Source: a virus. From it: 34,037 nucleotides of DNA. This document shows, in pieces, positions 15,211-21,480 of this stretch. A program made the translations under genes and the position numbers. The stretch spans positions 1 to 34,037 of IMG/VR virus record IMGVR_UViG_3300020050_007616, one strand, 5' to 3'. Numbering within the stretch: the first letter of the stretch is position 1; each line of letters opens with the position of its first letter. The notes beneath the pieces were generated by a model, which made no database searches, was not told the DNA's origin, and saw only the letters and a program-made list of their open reading frames with translations.

Positions 15211-15828
15211 ATGAGCAACCACAGCTTGCAGCGCTTTTTTAACGACATAAAAAAGCAAATTCAGAGCGGAATTATCATCGCAAACATTGCTGAGCAGTAC
15301 CGCGTTAATGACAAAACAATAGCGTCATTACTAAATGCCAATGGAACCAACGTCACCAAACTACGCGAGGAGGTTGGAATGTCGAAATATGGCCGCGACG
15401 CGTCAAATGATGAGGCATGTATTAAAGCAATCCAAGCAATCAAAGGCGGAATGACAATCCCAGATGCGGCGAAGGCTTGCGGCATTACGCAGTACGACGT
15501 GAAAGCATACCTTGTGACTAAGCGCATCCGGGTAAGCGATCTGCGCAGCCCTGTGGCGAAAAACAAAGCAGTACACACCGGCGGGAAATTCCACGGGCTA
15601 TATACACGGGATGAGCTGCTAGAAATGATTGCCGAATATCCTACGCGAAAAGATGCGTTTAACGCGCTGAAATTGCCAGGGACATACCCTAAAATGCTGC
15701 AATACCTGGTAGATTCAGAGCGCCGCGAGCTGCGCAATGGGCAGCGACTAGACCCAGATGACACCATCCCGGCATGGCGTCAAAAGGTTGCGCGATCTAG
15801 TTGGTTTGGCGGCAATTTATGCCTGTAA
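15211..15828 (+). CDS. Putative DNA-binding protein with two HTH-like segments (candidate transcription regulator)
   Basis: 205 aa. IANIAEQYRVNDKTIASLL and IPDAAKACGITQYDVKAYL look like HTH units. No family assignment possible. Confidence 0.6.
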   Translation: MSNHSLQRFFNDIKKQIQSGIIIANIAEQYRVNDKTIASLLNANGTNVTKLREEVGMSKYGRDASNDEACIKAIQAIKGGMTIPDAAKACGITQYDVKAYLVTKRIRVSDLRSPVAKNKAVHTGGKFHGLYTRDELLEMIAEYPTRKDAFNALKLPGTYPKMLQYLVDSERRELRNGQRLDPDDTIPAWRQKVARSSWFGGNLCL

Positions 15829-15830
15829 TG

Positions 15831-15848
15831 CTGGTAGTTTTTGCCAAT
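15831..15848 (+). promoter_or_regulatory. Copy of the motif CTGGTAGTTTTTGCCAAT (the -10 spacing differs from the other copies)
   Basis: The nearest -10-like hexamers are GTATAT/TATATG, 18-19 nt after TTGCCA. Confidence 0.45.
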
Positions 15849-15935
15849 TATACGTTGGTTGCTGGTATATGGCAGGTTGGAATGATGCTGATATCGAGCT
15901 TCAAAACAGAGTTAAATCCAATTAACTTAAAGTTA

Positions 15936-15965
15936 TTGACATAAAATCCATTAACAGGTTAAGAT
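15936..15965 (+). promoter_or_regulatory. Near-consensus sigma70-type promoter TTGACA-N18-TAAGAT
   Basis: TTGACA at 15936-15941 and TAAGAT at 15960-15965. Located in a 390-bp intergenic region. Confidence 0.55.
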
Positions 15966-15971
15966 CAAACC

Positions 15972-16050
15972 TACACTGCGCGGTTAATAAAAAAATCGCT
16001 GTATAAAGCCCAAAGAGGCGACCACCCCAGGTCTCTTTCTTTGGGTTTTT
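15972..16050 (+). ncRNA. Candidate small RNA of about 80 nt (promoter to intrinsic terminator, no ATG)
   Basis: Starts about 7 nt after the -10. Ends with an imperfect GC-containing hairpin (CCCAAAG 16009-16015 pairs with CTTTGGG 16039-16045; inner GACC/GGTC), then TTTTT (16046-16050). No start codon in the interval. Confidence 0.4.
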
Positions 16051-16120
16051 ACTTTAATGCCAATGCATCAGTCCACACCCCCTCAAAAAAAATATTAGCA
16101 AAAACATCCTCACGTAATTT

Positions 16121-16136
16121 GTAACATTTTGCCAAT
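16121..16136 (+). promoter_or_regulatory. Partial motif copy GTAACATTTTGCCAAT
   Basis: Shares TTTTGCCAAT with the full motif. Lies about 32 nt upstream of the full copy at 16151. Confidence 0.35.
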
Positions 16137-16150
16137 CAAACAACTAAAAA

Positions 16151-16195
16151 TTGGTAGTTTTTGCCACTACTGCGCACCGGCAAAAGCGGTATAGT
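16151..16195 (+). promoter_or_regulatory. Inverted-repeat motif TTGGTAGTTTTTGCCACT plus a -10-like TATAGT at 23-nt spacing
   Basis: TTGCCA at 16161-16166, a 23-nt spacer, then TATAGT at 16190-16195. SD AAGGAGGG and the ATG at 16217 follow. Confidence 0.55.
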
Positions 16196-16216
16196 TGCTA
16201 AAAACAAGGAGGGCAA

Positions 16217-16507
16217 ATGAACGAATTAAAACCAACTTACACGCAGCGAACAGCTGACGCAATCGAAGCCATTGGCGCGCGTTGTTTAAGCGAAGCCGGC
16301 AGCAAGAAGTACGTATTTAGCGTTGATTGCTTAACCGGCGACGTAGAGCTAACGGAGCTCGAAACCGGCGAGTGCGTAACACGTGCTCAAGAGTACATGG
16401 GCTTTGAAAACGTGCTGGCAGTGGGGCAGATTGTAGAGTCCCATATTAAGGACATGGTTATGGAATTGGCAATACAAGGAGCACTAGAATGCACACAACA
16501 GAACTAG
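16217..16507 (+). CDS. Hypothetical 96-aa acidic protein
   Basis: ORF track. Strong SD AAGGAGGG. Confidence 0.7.
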   Translation: MNELKPTYTQRTADAIEAIGARCLSEAGSKKYVFSVDCLTGDVELTELETGECVTRAQEYMGFENVLAVGQIVESHIKDMVMELAIQGALECTQQN

Positions 16508-16740
16508 TCGAGCAGTGCTGCGGTACGCTCGTTGACCGCCATGAGCTGCAAAAGCAGATGCAGGACCTGATAGACGAAAATGCAGCGCTAAAGCTGCAAG
16601 TGGCGATGTTAACGCGCAAAGCTGCCAAGCTGGAAAAAACAGACAGGTTCGGTCGCGTTGAATTAGTAGAGTGGCCGGAAGATCGGGCCGATATTATCGG
16701 GCAAAACGGGAATGATGGGGAACATTATGAGTGGCGATAA
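16489..16740 (+). CDS. Hypothetical 83-aa coiled-coil protein with a C-terminal IIGQNGNDGEHYEW motif
   Basis: ORF track. Overlaps the upstream stop. Confidence 0.65.
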   Translation: MHTTELVEQCCGTLVDRHELQKQMQDLIDENAALKLQVAMLTRKAAKLEKTDRFGRVELVEWPEDRADIIGQNGNDGEHYEWR

Positions 16741-17032
16741 ATTAAAAGCCATGCAAGTGTGGGAGCAGGTAACAAAAGCAGTAGACAAACAATTTGGCGA
16801 CTTTGAAAAACTATTCGGTTTTGTTGAGTCGCCTTTTACCGACGCGCTTTTCCGTATGCAGTCAGAATATACGGAGGCAGTTGCAAAGAATGTTGGCGAC
16901 GCCAGTGACTGGCTTAACTGGTATCAGTTTGACAATGACATGGGCGCCAAAGGCTATGAGGCAGGTATTGAAGGTGGTACACGGGAAATAAAAACACTAG
17001 AAGACTTGCTTTGGTTAATTGAGGGGAAATAA
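16727..17032 (+). CDS. Hypothetical 101-aa protein
   Basis: ATG at 16727 with GGGGA 5 nt upstream. The earlier in-frame ATGs lack an SD. Confidence 0.6.
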   Translation: MSGDKLKAMQVWEQVTKAVDKQFGDFEKLFGFVESPFTDALFRMQSEYTEAVAKNVGDASDWLNWYQFDNDMGAKGYEAGIEGGTREIKTLEDLLWLIEGK

Positions 17033-17260
17033 ATGATAAACGACGACATGGTAAACAACCCGCCGCATTACCAGACAGACAACGGCATAGAGTGCATTGA
17101 TGCAATACGGGCAGCGCTAGGGCTGGATGGCTTTGTTGCTTGCTGCCGCGGAAATGCAATTAAATACGCATGGCGAGCCGGTAAAAAAGACGAAACTGCG
17201 CAGGATTTACGAAAAGCTGCATGGTATTTAGAGCGTGCAGCTAAGGAGCTTGATAAATGA
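17033..17260 (+). CDS. DUF3310-family protein
   Basis: 75 aa. NPPHYQTDNGIECIDAI...GNAIKYAWRAGKK...DLRKAAWYLERA matches the DUF3310 pattern. Confidence 0.7.
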   Translation: MINDDMVNNPPHYQTDNGIECIDAIRAALGLDGFVACCRGNAIKYAWRAGKKDETAQDLRKAAWYLERAAKELDK

Positions 17261-17430
17261 AAATCCCAACACTTTCAAGCTTTGCTTTATGGTTTTTTTT
17301 CCTATCGTTTCTTTTTCCTCTTGTGGATTTTATCAGAGGGTTGCCTGAACCATCTATTAGCCGTGAGTCTGTACTTATACTTAGCTTCGCCATTACATGG
17401 GCGCTAGATAGGGATAATCGGGACAAATGA
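17257..17430 (+). CDS. Hypothetical 57-aa membrane protein (holin candidate)
   Basis: Hand-translated: MKIPTLSSFALWFFFLSFLFPLVDFIRGLPEPSISRESVLILSFAITWALDRDNRDK. ATGA overlap at both ends. One or two hydrophobic segments and a charged C-terminus. Confidence 0.5.
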   Translation: MKIPTLSSFALWFFFLSFLFPLVDFIRGLPEPSISRESVLILSFAITWALDRDNRDK

Positions 17431-17600
17431 GCACCAACCGCGACCGCCTGCGTAGTGATGCATGTAAGGCAGCGTATAAAGACACTAAGCGCGACAACTA
17501 CAATCCTGCGCAATTCAACGACCAGCGGCAAAAAAAGTGGTATGTTGAAAAATACAATTACATTTTACGAATGAGGGAGTTTTGGAATGTACGTGCCTAA
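17427..17600 (+). CDS. Hypothetical 57-aa basic protein
   Basis: Hand-translated: MSTNRDRLRSDACKAAYKDTKRDNYNPAQFNDQRQKKWYVEKYNYILRMREFWNVRA. ATGA overlap with the upstream ORF. Confidence 0.45.
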   Translation: MSTNRDRLRSDACKAAYKDTKRDNYNPAQFNDQRQKKWYVEKYNYILRMREFWNVRA

Positions 17601-18000
17601 GCACTTAATAATTCAGGAAATTGTGCCACGCGATCTTTACGACATGTTTAAAGACCCTGCGCAGCTTTTTGCATTATTTGATGAGCAGGTTTTAATGGGT
17701 GCCGATTGGCTGCGCAACCGCTACGGGCCGATGACGTGCAACAACTGGCATTTAGGTGGGGATTTTAAATGGTCTGGGTTTCGCACCACTGAAAGCCCGC
17801 ACTATTCGCCGGGATCAATGCACGGTGTAGGTAAAGCGCTCGATTTAAAATTCAGCAAAATCAGTGCTGACGAAATCCGCGCCAATCTGCGTAACCTGGA
17901 GTATGTTCCGCATATCACCCGCATTGAGGACGGTGTAAGTTGGCTGCATATCGACACAAAACCAACCAATAATAATAAACTCCACTTTTTTAAGGCGTAA
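17587..18000 (+). CDS. Peptidase M15 family endolysin
   Basis: 137 aa. Zinc-ligand motifs SMHGVGKALD (HxxGxAxD) and WLHID. Confidence 0.8.
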   Translation: MYVPKHLIIQEIVPRDLYDMFKDPAQLFALFDEQVLMGADWLRNRYGPMTCNNWHLGGDFKWSGFRTTESPHYSPGSMHGVGKALDLKFSKISADEIRANLRNLEYVPHITRIEDGVSWLHIDTKPTNNNKLHFFKA

Positions 18001-18003
18001 ATC

Positions 18004-18213
18004 ATGGCCGACATCACGGACGAAGCAAGCTCGCTAGAAGAATTACAAACATACGTAGCAATACAAAATCAGTTGGCAGCACCGCGATTATTAGAGCGTA
18101 AAATCTGCTACAACTGCGGAATGCACCTACCGGAAAGCGGGTTATTTTGCGATGCGGAGTGCCGCGACGATTACGAAAAAATCGAACGGGCAAAAAAGAT
18201 GGTGGCGGTATGA
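18004..18213 (+). CDS. TraR/DksA-family C4 zinc-finger protein
   Basis: 69 aa. N-terminal MADITDEASSLEELQ and CYNCGMHLPESGLFCDAEC resemble the TraR pattern CxxCGxxIPE...CxxC. Confidence 0.6.
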   Translation: MADITDEASSLEELQTYVAIQNQLAAPRLLERKICYNCGMHLPESGLFCDAECRDDYEKIERAKKMVAV

Positions 18214-18308
18214 TGAGGCAAAAAGAAATTATCCTGTTTTTTTGCTTGTTGATTATTTTTGAGATTGCACTGTGCAGCGCGCTTGTAAACACGCTGCGTT
18301 TTAATTAG
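18210..18308 (+). CDS. Hypothetical 32-aa hydrophobic peptide (MMRQKEIILFFCLLIIFEIALCSALVNTLRFN)
   Basis: Hand-translated. The ATG overlaps the upstream TGA. Followed directly by a terminator. Confidence 0.35.
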   Translation: MMRQKEIILFFCLLIIFEIALCSALVNTLRFN

Positions 18309-18332
18309 GGGCCTTTCGGCCCCTTTTCTTTT
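18308..18332 (+). terminator. Rho-independent terminator ending the rightward operon
   Basis: GGGGCC-TTTC-GGCCCC followed by TTTTCTTTT. Confidence 0.8.
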
Positions 18333-18534
18333 ACAACACGCTTTTAATGATGCGGATAATTTCATCCTTATCCGCGCGCAACTTTGCCACAGCGTCATCG
18401 TCAAGCTTGGTTTCTGACATTAGCGCAGCTTTTTCTGCTCCGCTAATAATCAGTTCCACCGCCTGATTTACTGCATGTTTACGCAGCCACCACATACCAA
18501 CAGCGCCAGCCAGCTTACCTACCAGTGCAATCAT
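18331..18534 (-). CDS. Hypothetical 67-aa protein with an N-terminal transmembrane segment (holin-like or membrane protein)
   Basis: MIALVGKLAGAVGMWWL followed by an amphipathic charged tail. SD GAGGGGAAG. Confidence 0.6.
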   Translation of the reverse strand: MIALVGKLAGAVGMWWLRKHAVNQAVELIISGAEKAALMSETKLDDDAVAKLRADKDEIIRIIKSVL

Positions 18535-18653
18535 ATTTCTTCCCCTCTGTTACATTTTTAGGACATTCATCACGCTTTTGACGTGTTAAAATCGCCGGCA
18601 TTAGCCGGAGTATTAGAAATGGAAATCGTCGGGTCGCTTGTTTTTTGCACACT

Positions 18654-18662
18654 TGTTATAAT
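18654..18662 (+). promoter_or_regulatory. Extended -10 promoter element TGtTATAAT
   Basis: TG at 18654-18655 and a perfect TATAAT at 18657-18662, 37 nt upstream of the ATG at 18699. Confidence 0.55.
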
Positions 18663-18698
18663 CTGGGCAATTGTCCAACTTTGCCGAAATCAAACAAA

Positions 18699-19037
18699 AT
18701 GACTGAACACGTTACCCAAGATCAGCTGAACTCCCATCTCGTCTTAATTCATCAATCAATTCGCGATAGCAACACCCGCACAGAGCGTCACCTAGAAGCA
18801 TTATCCGGCCACATGGCGGCGATTGCAAAAGAAAGCGCGGACACTCGCGGCGAAATCCTGGCTATGGTTAAAAGCCACGAAACGCGACTAGACAATCACA
18901 GCGAGCGAATTACTGGAGCCGAACAATCAATTGTTAATCTCACAGCCCACAAGATAAAAACCGCTGCCTACTGGATGATCTTTGGCAGCGTTTCATCCAT
19001 CATCCTAGCCGCCGTCGTTGCCAAAGTCTTCGGATAA
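18699..19037 (+). CDS. Tail-anchored coiled-coil membrane protein, 112 aa (XhlA-like topology, function unknown)
   Basis: Starts at ATG 18699 (MTEHVTQDQ...). Helical N-terminal part contains SHETRLDNHSERITGAEQSI. Single C-terminal TM AAYWMIFGSVSSIILAAVVAKVFG. No SD. The ORF-track TTG start lies inside the promoter. Confidence 0.55.
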   Translation: MTEHVTQDQLNSHLVLIHQSIRDSNTRTERHLEALSGHMAAIAKESADTRGEILAMVKSHETRLDNHSERITGAEQSIVNLTAHKIKTAAYWMIFGSVSSIILAAVVAKVFG

Positions 19038-19321
19038 GCAGTCGCAACCAACGCTAAGGTTAACGCTGTTCTCAACGTGGTTGTGATCAATCTGGTGCAG
19101 CCACCAGTAGCGCGATTTAAGCACAACCCGCAACCAGAACAAGCAGCGCGATGACTGCGTGTTCTAGGAAGCGGATTGTAATCATTGTAGTAAGCACTTA
19201 GCCATATTATTCCTTTAATTATTAGTATGTATGTGCTCGCTTAATCAACCAGTAGGCTCTTATCAACTTTATATGTCATGTGTATCCATTATCTTTATTA
19301 TAAGCTGTGTGATGTAGTGCA

Positions 19322-21469
19322 TTATAACACTGTCAGCACACCGTTGACTAAAGATACCCGTCTAGGTACTCCAGTGGTTTGGTCGTGCATATAAATATAC
19401 TTAAGACCCTCAGTGGTTCTACCTATGTCTGTGGTATTATCTGTTCGTGGCAGTATATCATTTGTTACATTAAGCGTCCCACCAACCGTCCAATTAGCTA
19501 AGCAAGTACCATTACCCGAACCTGAAAAGAACTCAAAGAATTTTTCCCCATCACTTTCCCTCTTCCAAGCTGCTCCACTACTACGAAACTCTAAGCTACT
19601 ATTAGTTCCGTTGTATGTCATGTAGTTCACACCATCATAACCATAGCGTCTTATATACCCATCACTCAGCCTGTACCGTTCTAGGTCATTACCTTCGTAA
19701 TCCTGAATAATAAAATCACCGTCTGGAAGTACAGGTCTAATCCTTGTACTACTGTCTGTGAATTGAGTAGGGCATAGCTTCATGTCATCGAAATGATCTC
19801 GTGGTGTAAACCCATCTACATTATTTGGCGCTACTTGTGTGCTTATAAATCTTAGGTTTTCAGTCGTGGATATAGGAGCTTGTGAAGAATCATAAGCTAT
19901 CAAGCTACCACCCTCAAACTGTCCGAGAACCATTTGTAAGTCTCTACAATCCCCGAATAGCGTATTACCACTATCCCACACTGACTGGAACTTTGAGTTC
20001 AAGAACTTCAACCCACGTAGCGGGAAGCCATCTATTTCAACAGCCGCCGCAACTGGGAGACCTAAAGACTGCGATGTAACTTTAGAGCTATGCTCAAATG
20101 CACCTATTTGACAGTTAGTAAATATAGTACCGTTAAGGTTATTACCCATACTAGGTGATCTTAATATACCAACATTCGCAGGTAGATTTGGTGATACACC
20201 CTCTAGTCTTAAATTACCAGATTGGATTGAGTAACTTGTGAACGTGTAGTACGTAGAGTTAGCAAGAATCCTAAAAGTATTCTGTGATGTTAGTGTGGAT
20301 GTATTATTGTAAACAATATCTATTGTTGTGTTCGTATTAGCAACTACTTCATGCTGTGCACCATTCCTTACAAGCAGCCCTCGAATACCTTGGAACTGAC
20401 AGTTACTAACACGCAGTCTTTCAGGGTTGTTACCTTTCTGCTCAAATGTACCATCATTCTCCGTAACTAGGAAACCAGCCATACGCCAATAACCCACAGC
20501 TTGAACATTCTCAACCACAGCTTCATTAGCGCCTCTTGCCCATACACCTACGTCCCAATTAGAGCCAAGCTCAGTCCCTGTAAATACATTATACCCATCT
20601 ACTCCTTCATGCTCAGGGACTATACGTAAGTCCTTTATCTGAGAGTTCTCTTGAAGAATCACAGCGGCAGAGAACAGCTTAGCTGTGGCGGGAGCACCAC
20701 CAACAGAATCTTGGTTAGTGAAGTGAGTAAACTCATGTGTCACTGTATCAACAACCTTTGGTGTCTTCGTGTTCTCTAGGTTGATACATGATAGATTTTT
20801 CTCACCAATACCTGTGAATAGTAGGTGAGTACCTTTGTCCATCCTTTTTATTAACCTATCCTCGTCAGGTCGCCAAGTGTCCCAATAATCTATACCATTA
20901 CCCTGTAGTGTAACACCTCTGGGTATCTCTAGTCTTTCAGACAATAGGTGCTTACCATTCGCACGAACTATACTAACATCATTGTCAGTACGTCCAGCGT
21001 ATGCTAAGGCAGCCTTGAATGCCTGTGTGTTATCTGCTGGATAAGGCAAGGCACCAAAGTCTCTTACGTCAACATCAGAGCCAAACCGACTACCTATAGT
21101 TCTAGGTGTAGTTGTTCCTGTGGCTGTTACTAGCAAATCATTTGGGTTGGAGTAATCCCAAGAAAAACGATCTGCACAATATAATGCCTGAACTCCGTTT
21201 TTATCATTAACCTTTATCGAGTAAGAGCCATCAACAATAATACCAATCACAGACCCGTTATAGGTCGGATAACCACCAGCATTTGTAGTGATAGGCTGAG
21301 GAATAGCAACTTCAGTGCCATTCTCTTGGCGCGCATAAACCTGTTTTTGGTTTGCTGGCACTTCTGGGTCTGTATCAGGTATTCCAACATAAATAGAGCC
21401 ATTAAAAATAGGGCGTCCCTTTGTTGGGTCTGCGAAATACTCGTATGGGTTAATGACTACGTTGTTCAT
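19322..21469 (-). CDS. Tailspike / tail fibre with a pectate-lyase-like beta-helix (putative depolymerase)
   Basis: 715 aa. VDVRDFGALPYPADNTQAFKAALAYAG resembles the Pectate_lyase_3 N-terminal motif. The N-terminal 110 aa are typical of particle-binding domains. Last gene of the virion operon. AT-richer by eye. Confidence 0.75.
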   Translation of the reverse strand: MNNVVINPYEYFADPTKGRPIFNGSIYVGIPDTDPEVPANQKQVYARQENGTEVAIPQPITTNAGGYPTYNGSVIGIIVDGSYSIKVNDKNGVQALYCADRFSWDYSNPNDLLVTATGTTTPRTIGSRFGSDVDVRDFGALPYPADNTQAFKAALAYAGRTDNDVSIVRANGKHLLSERLEIPRGVTLQGNGIDYWDTWRPDEDRLIKRMDKGTHLLFTGIGEKNLSCINLENTKTPKVVDTVTHEFTHFTNQDSVGGAPATAKLFSAAVILQENSQIKDLRIVPEHEGVDGYNVFTGTELGSNWDVGVWARGANEAVVENVQAVGYWRMAGFLVTENDGTFEQKGNNPERLRVSNCQFQGIRGLLVRNGAQHEVVANTNTTIDIVYNNTSTLTSQNTFRILANSTYYTFTSYSIQSGNLRLEGVSPNLPANVGILRSPSMGNNLNGTIFTNCQIGAFEHSSKVTSQSLGLPVAAAVEIDGFPLRGLKFLNSKFQSVWDSGNTLFGDCRDLQMVLGQFEGGSLIAYDSSQAPISTTENLRFISTQVAPNNVDGFTPRDHFDDMKLCPTQFTDSSTRIRPVLPDGDFIIQDYEGNDLERYRLSDGYIRRYGYDGVNYMTYNGTNSSLEFRSSGAAWKRESDGEKFFEFFSGSGNGTCLANWTVGGTLNVTNDILPRTDNTTDIGRTTEGLKYIYMHDQTTGVPRRVSLVNGVLTVL

Positions 21470-21480
21470 GGCTTAAACCT

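Noticed and set aside
15869-15925. 18-aa ORF (MAGWNDADIELQNRVKSN) downstream of the motif copy at 15831
   Set aside because: It has no SD and is very short. It is retained only as a note inside the intergenic-island finding.
5133-16168. Reading the TGGTAG-TTTT-TGCCA motif as a sigma54 (-24 GG / -12 GC) promoter
   Set aside because: GG and GC are separated by 8 nt here, not the 10 nt required. The motif is a dyad and is followed by sigma70-type -10 hexamers.
19117-19185. 22-codon ORF encoding only a lipoprotein signal peptide (possible o-spanin)
   Set aside because: The stop codon comes two residues after the lipobox Cys, and in-frame read-through gives only 9 more codons. It is treated as a gene remnant or chance ORF.
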